From an uncultured Clostridia bacterium (GTDB taxonomy: Bacteria; Bacillota; Clostridia; Christensenellales; CAG-314): DNA of 64,000 bases. Shown piece after piece: positions 16,947 to 27,693 of the stretch; position 1 is the stretch's first letter; each line of letters opens with the position of its first letter. Position numbers and translations under genes: made by a program. The DNA is taken from contig CALVWF010000006.1 of assembly GCA_944364615.1 (NCBI GenBank), positions 22,969 through 86,968 of the forward strand, written 5' to 3'. A model generated the notes under the pieces. It was not told the origin of the DNA and made no database searches. It saw only the letters and a program-made list of their open reading frames with translations.

Positions 16947-19274
16947 ATGATCACCGTAAAAGACAATGTTTTCCACATAAACACCCCCAACAGCAGTTAT
17001 ATATTTGCCGCGCTGCCGACAGGACATCTTGCGACACTGCACTACGGCAAAAGAATAGACGAGCAATCGGACTACAAATTTATTTTCCCCGAACAAGGTT
17101 CCGGGTACGGTACTTCCGTTTTTGTAGAAAAAGATAATCGGAAACTTTGGCCGGACAGTCTGGACGCAGAAACTTCTTTTGTAGGGCGAGGCGATTACAG
17201 AGAACCGATGTTTGTAATTTCCGACGGCAACGACGACTGCATAAGTCAACTGCTGTTCGACAGTTGGCATATGGAAGAAGATTTCGTCATTCCTCAGTTG
17301 CCCAACACGCTGAACAAGCAACAGACGCTGTGCGTAGTGCTTAAAGACAACACAAGAAACTTGCAAATAAAAATGTACTACTCGGTATTTCCCGACAGCG
17401 ACGTGATAGTAAAAAGTTGTTGCGTCACAAACTTCGGAACGCAGGACCTGTGGCTTACAAGAGCGATGAGCAGTCAGATAGATCTGCCCGACGAAGGTTG
17501 GATCGTAGACACGCTGGACGGCGCGTGGGCAAGAGAAAGATACATCAATACCCGACCTTTGCAGGACGGCGTCACACTGATAGACAGCAAACGCGGAATA
17601 TCTTCCAACACTCACAATCCCTATGTCGTACTGCGTCGTGACGACAGCACCTACGACAACGGCGACGCCTACGGAATAAACCTTGTATATTCGGGAAATC
17701 ATGCGGAAATTCTGGAAAAAACTCCCCTCGGCAATGTACGCATTTTAAACGGTATAAATCCCTTCGATTTCCGCTGGCAACTGCGCGCGGGCGAAAGTTT
17801 CTACACTCCCGAAAGCACCGTTTGTTATTCTTCGCACGGCACAAACGGGCTTACTCAGCAATACCACCGATTTATAAACGACAACGTCGTAAGGGGAACG
17901 TGGCAATACAAACCCCGCCCCATACTCGTAAACAACTGGGAGGCCACCTATTTCGACTTCACCGAAAAGAAACTGCTGGAAATTGCCAGAACGGCAAAAG
18001 ACCTGGGTGCGGAACTGTTTGTGCTGGACGACGGATGGTTTTCTAACAGAACGAATGACACAAGGGGGCTGGGCGACTGGACGGTAAATAAAAAACGTCT
18101 GCCCGACGGGCTTAAAGGTCTTGCGGAAAAAATCAAAAAGACGGGACTGCTTTTCGGCGTGTGGGTAGAGCCCGAAATGGTAAATCCCGACAGCGACCTG
18201 TACCGCAAACATCCCGAATGGGCGGTAAAGAACAGCCGCTACGAACCCTGTCTCAGCCGAAATCAACTGTTACTGGATTTCTGCAACGACGATGTGTGCC
18301 AATACATCATCGACAGCATGACGGAAGTCTTCTCATCCGCCGATATTTCCTACGTCAAGTGGGACTTCAACCGCCCCATGTCCGACTTCACTTCGCAGGC
18401 AATATCCAATCAGGGCGAATTTTTCCACCGCTATATGTTGGGACTGTATCGTGTGCTGGACACACTTACCAAACGCTTTCCCGACATTCTGTTTGAAAGT
18501 TGCGCAAGCGGAGGCAACCGTGCCGACATGGGAATGTTGTGCTATATGCCTCAGTTCTGGGCAAGCGACAATACGGACAACTTCGACAGAGTGCGTATAC
18601 AGGAAGGCACGTTGACATGCTACCCTCAAAGCACCATGGGGGCGCACGTTTCCGCCTCGCCCAATCATCAGACGTTCCGCAGCACATCCATAGACAACCG
18701 TTTCAACACCGCCTGTGTAGGAGCGTTCGGATACGAACTGGATTTGTCTGCCCTCAACAGAGTGGACAAAAACGCCGTCAGACAACAGATAGAATGGTAC
18801 AAAAAATACCGCAATACTCTTCAATTCGGAACGTATTACCGTTTGAAGGGAATATTCGATCACGGCAAAAGCAGTTGGATGGTAGTAAGCCGTGACAAAA
18901 CACAGGCGGTAATAAACGTCACAAACGGAGTAGCCGTTACAATTCCTCCGCAGGAAAAACTGGTCACGAAAGGACTGGACGACCATGCACATTACCTGGT
19001 GTCCACAAGACAGCAAAGTTTCAACGTCAAGACTTTCGGCTCGATGATAAACCACATTTCCCCTGTAAAAATACGTCAGGACGGCAAACTTCACGATATA
19101 CTCGACAACAACTTTGCGGTAAAGAGCGAAGTGCAGAAGTTGACCGTCAGCGGAAACGTACTCAACAACTGCGGTATCAGGCTCAACAGACAATGGAGCA
19201 GTACAGGCTACGACGAAAAAACGCGCATAATGCTTGACTTCGGAAGCCGCCTGTACACCGTCGACAAATTGTAA
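16947..19274 (+). CDS. Alpha-galactosidase, glycoside hydrolase family 36
   Basis: NNWEATYFDF, LFVLDDGWF, WVEPEMV, YVKWDFNR, ESCASGG, WASDNTD. Confidence 0.95.
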   Translation: MITVKDNVFHINTPNSSYIFAALPTGHLATLHYGKRIDEQSDYKFIFPEQGSGYGTSVFVEKDNRKLWPDSLDAETSFVGRGDYREPMFVISDGNDDCISQLLFDSWHMEEDFVIPQLPNTLNKQQTLCVVLKDNTRNLQIKMYYSVFPDSDVIVKSCCVTNFGTQDLWLTRAMSSQIDLPDEGWIVDTLDGAWARERYINTRPLQDGVTLIDSKRGISSNTHNPYVVLRRDDSTYDNGDAYGINLVYSGNHAEILEKTPLGNVRILNGINPFDFRWQLRAGESFYTPESTVCYSSHGTNGLTQQYHRFINDNVVRGTWQYKPRPILVNNWEATYFDFTEKKLLEIARTAKDLGAELFVLDDGWFSNRTNDTRGLGDWTVNKKRLPDGLKGLAEKIKKTGLLFGVWVEPEMVNPDSDLYRKHPEWAVKNSRYEPCLSRNQLLLDFCNDDVCQYIIDSMTEVFSSADISYVKWDFNRPMSDFTSQAISNQGEFFHRYMLGLYRVLDTLTKRFPDILFESCASGGNRADMGMLCYMPQFWASDNTDNFDRVRIQEGTLTCYPQSTMGAHVSASPNHQTFRSTSIDNRFNTACVGAFGYELDLSALNRVDKNAVRQQIEWYKKYRNTLQFGTYYRLKGIFDHGKSSWMVVSRDKTQAVINVTNGVAVTIPPQEKLVTKGLDDHAHYLVSTRQQSFNVKTFGSMINHISPVKIRQDGKLHDILDNNFAVKSEVQKLTVSGNVLNNCGIRLNRQWSSTGYDEKTRIMLDFGSRLYTVDKL

Positions 19275-19753
19275 AAACCCGTTACGCAAGCCTGTCGGCA
19301 ACTTAAAAACAGACTCCTTCTCGATATTTACGATTTACGGCAAAAACCTCCTACACCGCCTTCCGACACCGCGTCGGGGAACGGGGAAGCAGTCGGCAAA
19401 CTTATAAAATCCCCAAGACCGTGCAAAAATCGGCACGGATCCCACTCCCCACGGTCAAGTAATTGCTGTATTGCAATGCGGAGAAAAGCCTTTTAAAGGA
19501 CGTAATTTCAGCGTACGTACATCGTTTTTGCAATTACATCGTGCCTGAGACTGCGACTAAATTTTTAAAATCCGACTTTTAGCCAAATTGAAAACAAAAG
19601 TTTTTACCGCCGCAATATCCTTCACATATCTGCGCAACTCGGTTACGCATCAGACAAAAAGCAAAATCCGCAGCGAAAACGGCAATTCGTAATCGCTGCG
19701 GATTTTTTATTCGGTCAGGCTGTTTGGAAACGCTTACGTCGGCAAAGTCACAA

Positions 19754-21091
19754 CTACTTTTCCGTTTCGCTCTGCGTATTGAATTTGTTGAGCCACACGG
19801 TGCCGTCGTCCACAAACACGTACACCGCTCCGCAATCCTGACATGTATAGAAATAGTCTTTGTCGTCCATTGCCGTACTTCCGCACACGAGACACATACG
19901 GCTGTACACCTGTTTGTCCGCCTGTAACACGAACACCGTGCACTTTACTATCGACATTATGTCCGTCAGTGAATTTTTGTTGGAAGGGACAACGCATGTA
20001 GCCTTGTTGCCGTAATCGGTCTTGAACAGACTGACGACAAACTGACAGTCCTGTCGGAAGGGTTGAGAAACGTCGGAATGCAGTTGCAGTAAAGTCGCTT
20101 GCTGTATCTTGATCTTACGACACTGCACCAGTATGCTCAGTTGATCTACGTCTGAATTGATTGTTACTCTGAACAGATCGTTGTAAAGAACAAAGTTTTT
20201 CAGTCCGAACGACAATGCAATATTGTCAAAAGTCTGGTCTTTTTCCATGCTGAATCCCAGTCTGACGTAACTGTCTATTACCGCAAGACTTATAAAAGCA
20301 CAGTACACGTTGCGTCTTTGCGCAAGACTGAGCGAATTGAGACCGGCGTTGTATTCGTCAATCAGTTTCCACAGTTTAAAACAGGCGTTGTAATGCTTGT
20401 TGTGAATAAAAAGGTTGGTGGCTTCCGCACTTCCCGTAAATTGCGGAAATGCAGACATGATCTTGTAAAAATCGCTGTTGCGCAACTGCGAAAACTTGCC
20501 TCGCATATAAAACAACTTCTTGTACTCGTCAAACATCTGAGCATTGGTGTCTTTAAACAGAGAAGTGTCCAACAGTTTGAGTAAGTCGAGTTTGTTCAAT
20601 GCCGAACTCTGAAAATACGCCTGATAAATATTCGTGACGCCGCTTTTGGCATTTTCCGACGGCAGTTCCAGCGCGCGCACTATCTTGTCCATAAGAGTGC
20701 GTACAAGTCTGTTTTCGTAGGTGTTGTACTCGTCTTCGTTTGTCTTGGCGTACACGTATTCGGGGTAAAACGACTTGTCTTCCTTCTGCTTCCACAACTT
20801 GGGCTGTTTGACGGTCATCTGTATCCCCTGCGGAGTAAGCGCGCCCGACCTTTCGGTGCGTCTGAGATTGTACTCCGTCTTCAACACTATGTATGGCGAC
20901 CGCACTATTTCCGCGATGTGAGGAAGTGTTTCGTAAATCTTTTCCACCAAAGTGTGAATGTCGGGACGTTGCGAAACAGGTTGGTAAAGACTTACCAACC
21001 CTTGTTTTTCGCCGTCTATGAATTGCCGCACGGATTTAACTCCGCTGTCCGACATTTGTTTGTTGAATTTTTCCAAAGATAACAAAGACAT
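19754..21091 (-). CDS. DUF2357 / McrC-like partner protein with C-terminal zinc ribbon
   Basis: YNTYENRLV and TNLFIHNKHYNACFKLW match DUF2357; CLVC...CQDC at the C-terminus; TAATG overlap with the upstream GTPase. Confidence 0.7.
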   Translation of the reverse strand: MSLLSLEKFNKQMSDSGVKSVRQFIDGEKQGLVSLYQPVSQRPDIHTLVEKIYETLPHIAEIVRSPYIVLKTEYNLRRTERSGALTPQGIQMTVKQPKLWKQKEDKSFYPEYVYAKTNEDEYNTYENRLVRTLMDKIVRALELPSENAKSGVTNIYQAYFQSSALNKLDLLKLLDTSLFKDTNAQMFDEYKKLFYMRGKFSQLRNSDFYKIMSAFPQFTGSAEATNLFIHNKHYNACFKLWKLIDEYNAGLNSLSLAQRRNVYCAFISLAVIDSYVRLGFSMEKDQTFDNIALSFGLKNFVLYNDLFRVTINSDVDQLSILVQCRKIKIQQATLLQLHSDVSQPFRQDCQFVVSLFKTDYGNKATCVVPSNKNSLTDIMSIVKCTVFVLQADKQVYSRMCLVCGSTAMDDKDYFYTCQDCGAVYVFVDDGTVWLNKFNTQSETEK

Positions 21092-22725
21092 TACAACAAC
21101 TTCCTTTTAAGTCTGGCAATAGTTTCCAGCGTTTCCGAAAACTCCGTCTTGGAATAGTTTTGCAAAATCAGTTTTTCCAGTTTGACAAGGTTACCTTTGA
21201 TACCGTCGTCAAATCTTCCTTCAAGTTTGCGCAACACCTTGCGCGCAAACATAAGATCCAACGCTTTGGCAGACGTTCCTCCGCACGCTACGAACACGGG
21301 CACGAAACGGTATATCTGATTCAATATACGGTTACCGAAGTTGACGTCAAATACATCCAGCGCAAAATCCGTCAACTCGGAGAACTTGCGGTACTCTTCT
21401 CGGGACAGTCCGTTGTTTTCGTCGTTGATTGCCACCGCAAACAGGTTTAACAGATTGTCCATTCCCAGTTTAATGCGCGGTATCGTACGATTGAGTTTAG
21501 TCGCTTCGTTACGGCGCGAAAAGTCGATGATTACGGCACGGTCGTACACCTTGTCGGTAATGGTGAATGTGGAGTCATCCTTGTTGGCCGTTCCTATAAA
21601 CCACACGTTTTTGGGTATGACTACCGAACAACCGTCCAGTTTCATCGGAAGCAATCCCTCTGTCGAAACGGGCATAAGTTCTATTTTCCACTGCGATTCG
21701 TCCAGTTCCAGCACCGACAGAAAATCGGCAAAATAGTATTCTATACGCGACAGATTCATTTCGTCCATTGCCATAAGACAGGGTTGCTGTTTGCGGTAGG
21801 ACGCCTCGTACAAGGCACGCAGGAAAGGCGTTTCCTTGAACTTGCCCACGAAGTCGTTGTAGTAACCCAACACGTCGCTGCGGTCCTTCCAGGACGCCTG
21901 AACGGAAGTAAAGCAGATGTCCGCGCCCGTATATTCGGCAAAATACTTGGGCAACGATGTCTTGCCGGTACCGGACAGTCCTTCCAGTATCATAAATCTC
22001 GAACAAGCCAGACCGCTGACGAATGCGCGTATGTTGTCGGGAGTATAGAACATTCCGTTGCTTTCAAGATACAGATTGAATCCCTGACAAAGTCCCGCAA
22101 GGCTGACTTCGGTAAAGTCGGGTGCCTGATAGGGATTTAACAGATAGTATTTGTCCATTGCCACAAGATCGGGAAAAACACTGCTGTTGGGATCGAGTTT
22201 TTTTGCCTGTTTCTGATCTTCTGCGGAGGGCTGGCCGTCCTTTTTGGAAGATTTTTGTTCTTTCTTGACGATTTTTACGGTTGTTGTTTCTATGCGGTTT
22301 TTGTGAGTTGCCGTTACGTAAGCGTGGTCAAGCAAATAGCACAGACCTACGCCTGCAGCAAGTATAAGCAACGCCACAAGCAGGTTTCCTGCGTTTACGG
22401 CAAAGAAATCGACGGAATGTAAAGCCGCGTAAAGCACTATCAGCACTACCAGCAACACTCCTGCCGGTATACACGTCAATGCCCAGTGAATCGGTTTCAT
22501 AAAGTGCGCCTGACCTATTTCGTCGGAATTTTTTTGCAAAGCAACCATTACCGAAGCCCACTGAACGACTGTTATTACCACCAGAAAGGCAATGAACACC
22601 CATTCCTGCCAACTTACGGCAAATACATCGAATATACTTATAAAAAACAGAATAAATGCGCCCGCACCTATAAAACAAAGACATTTTACAGCGTTGTCAA
22701 AGGCCTTTTTTGTAAGAATTTTCAT
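21091..22725 (-). CDS. McrB-like AAA+ GTPase with N-terminal transmembrane domain
   Basis: About 4 hydrophobic helices; GLSGTGKT, MDEMNLSRIEYYFADFLS, GTANKDDST (McrB NxxD), DKVYDRA. Confidence 0.85.
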   Translation of the reverse strand: MKILTKKAFDNAVKCLCFIGAGAFILFFISIFDVFAVSWQEWVFIAFLVVITVVQWASVMVALQKNSDEIGQAHFMKPIHWALTCIPAGVLLVVLIVLYAALHSVDFFAVNAGNLLVALLILAAGVGLCYLLDHAYVTATHKNRIETTTVKIVKKEQKSSKKDGQPSAEDQKQAKKLDPNSSVFPDLVAMDKYYLLNPYQAPDFTEVSLAGLCQGFNLYLESNGMFYTPDNIRAFVSGLACSRFMILEGLSGTGKTSLPKYFAEYTGADICFTSVQASWKDRSDVLGYYNDFVGKFKETPFLRALYEASYRKQQPCLMAMDEMNLSRIEYYFADFLSVLELDESQWKIELMPVSTEGLLPMKLDGCSVVIPKNVWFIGTANKDDSTFTITDKVYDRAVIIDFSRRNEATKLNRTIPRIKLGMDNLLNLFAVAINDENNGLSREEYRKFSELTDFALDVFDVNFGNRILNQIYRFVPVFVACGGTSAKALDLMFARKVLRKLEGRFDDGIKGNLVKLEKLILQNYSKTEFSETLETIARLKRKLL

Positions 22726-23038
22726 GATACCTCCCTTCGTTCCGCAGTAACGACGCACCGAATCGCGTCGACACACACAATCGGAATGACGCGAAATGTA
22801 ACCGCAAGCAATACGACAAGCCCGAATCCTTGCCGTTTAGCCGATTTATTTCGCTTTTTCCATTCAGACCGACGGAACACAGATATTAATTTGTCACAAC
22901 AGTAGTCTATCATTTATTTTCGGTAACGTCAACAGTAAATTCACTCATAACCGCTACAATTTACGTATACCTTCCATAAAAAAATTTACTGTAAAAGAGA
23001 CAACCGCAGTTGACGGTTGGCTCTACACTTTAAAAACA

Positions 23039-24730
23039 TCAGTCGTCGTACAGACTCATCAGTTCGGAAATATCCGTCACGCCTTTCATTACCAGTTTTT
23101 TACAACTGTCCCAAAGGTTGACCATTCCTTCTTCCTTGGCAATCTCGCGCAGTTCGTCAATGGTACGTCCTTGCGTAACCGCGCTGCGCAGACGTTCGCT
23201 CATGTACATTATTTCGTGAACGGCGACTCTTCCGCGGTAGCCCGTATGACCGCAGAACTGACAGCCCTGCGCACGGAATACCGAAACAGGCTCGTCCAGT
23301 CCCAGCAATTTCATTTCCGCTTCGTTGGTCTTGCCGCGTTTCTTGCATGCGGGACAAAGTCTTTTGACAAGACGCTGAGCAATTACGCCCACAAGAGCGT
23401 CCGCTACAAGGTAGTCGGTTACGTTCATGTCGGTAAGACGTATTATTGCGCCGGGAGCGTCGTTGGTGTGCAGTGTGGAAAACACAAGGTGACCGGTAAT
23501 AGCGGCTCTTACCGCAATTTCCGCAGTGTCTTCGTCACGGATTTCCCCCACCATGATTATATCGGGGTCCTGACGCAAAATGCTTCGCAAAGCGTTGGCA
23601 AAGGTCAGATCTGCCTTGGGATTGACCTGAACCTGATTTATACCGTTCATCGTGTATTCGACGGGGTCTTCGACAGTAATTACATTGACCGTAGGACGGT
23701 TTATTTCTTTAAGAAATGAGTAAAGCGTTGTGGACTTACCGCAACCCGTGGGACCGGTAAGCAGCACTATTCCGTAGGAATGGGCAAGAATCTTGTCTAT
23801 TACCAGATTTTCGTCGGCGGTAAATCCGAGGTCGGTACGCGTAAAGTTAAACGACGTCTTGTCCAGAATACGAATAACGAATTTTTCACCGTAAACGGTA
23901 GGCAACGTGGCTACACGGAAGTCGTACTCGGTGCCGTTTATAGCCATACTTATACGACCGTCCTGAGGTATACGGCGTTCGGCGATGTTGATACCAGACA
24001 TAATTTTCAGACGCGCGCAAATTGCCGAGTAAGATTCTATCGGAAATTCCACCCTCAACTGCAAGTCGCCGTCGATACGGTATCTGACCTTGACGGTACG
24101 TTCGAAAGGTTCGATGTGTATATCCGACGCTTTAAAGGGAATGGCCTCTCGGATAATGGAATCCACAAGACGCACCGACGGATTGTTGATTACGTCGTCC
24201 GCGCTGTCTATAACGGTGACGCTTCCCGTCATTACTCTGTTGATGACGTCCCTGTCCCCCGCGTCCTGCAAATCGCCCAACGCCTTGGTGGTAGACAAAA
24301 CCGCGACAATGGAGTCCACGTAAATGTCTATCTGTGTGGGAGGCACCAGCACGAAATCCATATCGCAGGTAAATTCGGTGGCGATTACCGATCGCGCGTG
24401 CATGTCGAGCGGACGTCCGATAGCCACAAGCAAAACACCGTTACGGTTGAATGAAACGGGCAAAAACTTGTGTTTTTTCAAAAAAGCGTATTCAAAGCGT
24501 TCAACCAACGACTTGTCTATGTCGAGCATGTCCACTTCGATATAGGGCAGACAGTAAAATTCGCCCAAAACAGGCAAAGCCTCTACTTCGGTGCAGTACG
24601 CCTTTGCCTGCATATAGGTTTCGATGGGAACGCCCAACCGCTTGCAGTCTTCGTAAATGGCGTTTATCTGTTTACGCTTGATTATTTTTTTATAAGCGTA
24701 ATACGTTAAGAGTTCGTAATTGATATCCAT
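23039..24730 (-). CDS. pilB: Type IV pilus assembly ATPase
   Basis: ASDIHIEP, GPTGCGKSTT, TVEDPVE, LRQDPD..VGEIRD, TLHTN, CxxC pairs. Confidence 0.95.
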   Translation of the reverse strand: MDINYELLTYYAYKKIIKRKQINAIYEDCKRLGVPIETYMQAKAYCTEVEALPVLGEFYCLPYIEVDMLDIDKSLVERFEYAFLKKHKFLPVSFNRNGVLLVAIGRPLDMHARSVIATEFTCDMDFVLVPPTQIDIYVDSIVAVLSTTKALGDLQDAGDRDVINRVMTGSVTVIDSADDVINNPSVRLVDSIIREAIPFKASDIHIEPFERTVKVRYRIDGDLQLRVEFPIESYSAICARLKIMSGINIAERRIPQDGRISMAINGTEYDFRVATLPTVYGEKFVIRILDKTSFNFTRTDLGFTADENLVIDKILAHSYGIVLLTGPTGCGKSTTLYSFLKEINRPTVNVITVEDPVEYTMNGINQVQVNPKADLTFANALRSILRQDPDIIMVGEIRDEDTAEIAVRAAITGHLVFSTLHTNDAPGAIIRLTDMNVTDYLVADALVGVIAQRLVKRLCPACKKRGKTNEAEMKLLGLDEPVSVFRAQGCQFCGHTGYRGRVAVHEIMYMSERLRSAVTQGRTIDELREIAKEEGMVNLWDSCKKLVMKGVTDISELMSLYDD

Positions 24731-24734
24731 AGTT

Positions 24735-25946
24735 TTACACTCCGAGAGTTTGCATTACTTGCAGCAACGGCGAATAGATGGCGTAGAACAGCACACCCAC
24801 GGAACCGCCGATAATTACCAGAATTACAGGTTGAATGATTGTTGTAATGGAAGCAATCGCGCTTTCCGCCTGATTGTCGAAAAAGGTACAGGACCGTATA
24901 AGCACTTCGGCAAGCGATCCCGAACGTTCGCCCACCGAAATCATCTGAATGATCAGAGGCGGAAACAATCCGTAAGAATCCAGCGCAACGGTAAGACTCA
25001 TTCCCTGCCTTACGTCTTCGATGGCGCTTTTGAAACGCTTTTCGGCATATTTGTTTCCAAGCACGATGTTTACCGTTTCCATTGCGTCTATTACATCCAG
25101 ACCGCCGTCTATAAGCAGTCCGAAAGCCCTTGCGAATCTTGCGGTGACAAGACTTTTGGTGATCTTGCCCACAAGGGGTGCCTTAAACTTAAAAGCGTCC
25201 CACAGATACTTGCCTTTTTCGGTACGCATCCACAGCATTATCAGCACTATCAACACTACCGCGCCGACAAAAAGCATTTTCCAGTTTTCTTTAAACCAGA
25301 CGCTCATGTCATACAAAGCGATGGTCAGAGGAGGCATTTCCACTTCCAGCGAGTCCAACGCCTTCATGAATGTGGGAATAATAAACGCCACCATCAGAAC
25401 AATGATACCGATAGCCATCAAAATAAGAATAATGGGATATATCATCGCGCTTTTTGTCTTTTTCTTGATGCGGGCGTCCGTTTCGAAGTAGTCGGCAAGG
25501 GTAATCATTATTTTGTCCAGCGCGCCGGAAACTTCTCCGACGTACACCATTGACAGCAGAAACTGCGGAAATATTTTCTTGTGTTTTTTGAGCGCCTGCG
25601 ACAGCAGTTGTCCCGACTTGACGTCTTCGTGTACGAAGTCGAGAGTTTTTTTGAGCAATGCCGAGTAAGACTGATTTTTTAATATTTCCAACGCCTCGAT
25701 AATGGGAATACCCGTGTTGAACATTATGGCGAACTGACGGCAAAAAGTAGCAAGTTCGTTTGCGGACACTTTGCCCGTTGTGGAAAAGAACGTGCTTGCG
25801 GTAGTCTGCGTTACGGGAGTAGCCTTGACAAGATACAGGCTTTGTTCGGCAAGACGCATGGCAAGTTGCTGTTCGTCTTCCGCAAGGAACACGCCCGTAA
25901 ATTTTTTGCGTTCGAGATTGACAGCGGTATATTTAAACTTTTTCAC
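24735..25946 (-). CDS. pilC: Type IV pilus platform protein (GspF/PilC)
   Basis: Two GspF repeats (GEVSGAL, GERSGSL), AMIYP. Confidence 0.93.
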   Translation of the reverse strand: MKKFKYTAVNLERKKFTGVFLAEDEQQLAMRLAEQSLYLVKATPVTQTTASTFFSTTGKVSANELATFCRQFAIMFNTGIPIIEALEILKNQSYSALLKKTLDFVHEDVKSGQLLSQALKKHKKIFPQFLLSMVYVGEVSGALDKIMITLADYFETDARIKKKTKSAMIYPIILILMAIGIIVLMVAFIIPTFMKALDSLEVEMPPLTIALYDMSVWFKENWKMLFVGAVVLIVLIMLWMRTEKGKYLWDAFKFKAPLVGKITKSLVTARFARAFGLLIDGGLDVIDAMETVNIVLGNKYAEKRFKSAIEDVRQGMSLTVALDSYGLFPPLIIQMISVGERSGSLAEVLIRSCTFFDNQAESAIASITTIIQPVILVIIGGSVGVLFYAIYSPLLQVMQTLGV

Positions 25947-25957
25947 AGATACCTCCG

Positions 25958-26749
25958 TTAGAAAAACAATGTGACGTACCAGTCAATTACGTAAGAGGCG
26001 AAAAATATTGCAAACGCTCCGCCCCAGGCAAGATATGGCGCAAACGGATATTCGGGTTTGGTGAACATATCTTTGTTTTTGTTTAAAGTATTTTGCAGGG
26101 CTATATCGAACAGCGCGACGACGATGCCGGCTATCACTGCCACCGAAACATATTTCCAGCCCAGGAGAAATCCCAAAGACGCCATAAGTTTGACATCGGC
26201 AAATCCCATTCCTTCTCTGCCGAAAACCACGAAAGACAAGCCGTAAAAAGCGAGGAAAAATCCGCCTGCCCCCAACAACCCCCACAGTTTGGACAGGATG
26301 TCCGCTTCGTCGAACGCCCACACGGAAAGGATTGCCACAACGGCAAGAGCAATCTGCAGACTGTCGGGAATGAACAGGTTGTCATAATCGCACAAAGACA
26401 TTGTCAACAGCACGGACAAAGTCACGGCGAATACGGAACACAGGAACAAATCGTCGTAATACATAAAGGCGCAACACAGCCACAGCAGTCCGTTGAGCAG
26501 TTCCACCCAGAAATACCTCGACGAGTACGGTCTGTGACAGTAACGGCATTTTCCGCCGAGAAAAATGTAACTAAACAACGGAATGTTGTCACGCCAAGCG
26601 AGTTTGTGACCGCACGAAGTGCAGTGGGACGGAGGATTGGCTATACTCATACCGCGCGGAACACGGTAGACAACCACATTTAAAAAACTGCCTACACACA
26701 CACCGAGCAGCGCGAACATTACAGAGACGGTGACAAAAACAAAGTCCAT
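25958..26749 (-). CDS. pilD: Prepilin peptidase/methyltransferase
   Basis: GSFLNVVVYRVP, CxxC pairs, GMGFADVK, PFAPYL. Confidence 0.95.
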   Translation of the reverse strand: MDFVFVTVSVMFALLGVCVGSFLNVVVYRVPRGMSIANPPSHCTSCGHKLAWRDNIPLFSYIFLGGKCRYCHRPYSSRYFWVELLNGLLWLCCAFMYYDDLFLCSVFAVTLSVLLTMSLCDYDNLFIPDSLQIALAVVAILSVWAFDEADILSKLWGLLGAGGFFLAFYGLSFVVFGREGMGFADVKLMASLGFLLGWKYVSVAVIAGIVVALFDIALQNTLNKNKDMFTKPEYPFAPYLAWGGAFAIFFASYVIDWYVTLFF

Positions 26750-26757
26750 AAATCCCC

Positions 26758-27120
26758 CTACAACAGTCCGTACTGATAGGTTACAACCTGTACTTCACCG
26801 CCGACGTTTGCGACGGAGACTATGAGGTGAACGACCTGCCCTATTTTTACCACAAGATCGTTACCGCTTTCCGTCCATTGAAACCCGAAGTCGTTGTCGC
26901 CGTACTTCTGTGCAAGATCGATGTCTGTCTTGCCCTGCTTGTTGGAAATAAAGGAAGTGGCGATGTCGTCCAGAAAAGACTTGCGTTCGAGATATTCGCG
27001 GTACTTGTCCGCCTTGTCCGTACCTACGGTGACGGAAAGCAGTATCACCACGATAAACGCCGCCACAAGCGCCATCATCAGCAGAACGTATTCTATTGTC
27101 AGACCTTTTTTAGAAAACAT
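26758..27120 (-). CDS. Minor pilin lacking Glu5 (PilX/GspK-like)
   Basis: KKG|LTIEY followed by a hydrophobic helix, inside the pilus operon. Confidence 0.6.
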   Translation of the reverse strand: MFSKKGLTIEYVLLMMALVAAFIVVILLSVTVGTDKADKYREYLERKSFLDDIATSFISNKQGKTDIDLAQKYGDNDFGFQWTESGNDLVVKIGQVVHLIVSVANVGGEVQVVTYQYGLL

Positions 27121-27121
27121 T

Positions 27122-27691
27122 CTACAGCACCTCCGAAAGAGATACCAACCGATAGTTGGAGCCTGTCACCGCCGAAATGGACAAAGCGTAGGAATTGTCC
27201 GCATTGACCGCAATGTTTACCGTCATTGTGTATTTGACGGCGTCTATAAGATAGGTAAATGAATACAAGGCGTCGCTGTCTGCGGAACGGGAAACGGTAA
27301 CGCCGTATCTGACGTCTTCCTGGGACAAAGGAGCGTCGGCAACGTAGTCTTTGTTGACGAAAAACTGCCAATTTTCTTCGCCCGTACCCACGCATTGTTC
27401 AAATTTGAACTGAAAATCGGTAACGCCCGCAACAAATGCAAACTTTCCGTTGAAATCGGCAAGCACGTCAAAAGTACCCGACGCGTCTTCCGTACGCTGT
27501 GAAAGAGCGCTGCGAAGACTGTCTCTTACCGAATAGGCAACAGACCACGCCGAGATGTGCTGAGCACGATTGTCCTGCAAAGTCACGCTTACGTTGCACG
27601 CCATAAAACCGGCAACGGACAAAATGACTATCAATGCCATGGACACTATGACTTCCGCAAGGGAAAATGCTTTGTTGAGTTTGAGTTTCAT
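27122..27691 (-). CDS. Minor pilin
   Basis: KA|FSLAEVIVS type IV N-methylation motif. Confidence 0.85.
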   Translation of the reverse strand: MKLKLNKAFSLAEVIVSMALIVILSVAGFMACNVSVTLQDNRAQHISAWSVAYSVRDSLRSALSQRTEDASGTFDVLADFNGKFAFVAGVTDFQFKFEQCVGTGEENWQFFVNKDYVADAPLSQEDVRYGVTVSRSADSDALYSFTYLIDAVKYTMTVNIAVNADNSYALSISAVTGSNYRLVSLSEVL

Positions 27692-27693
27692 AT

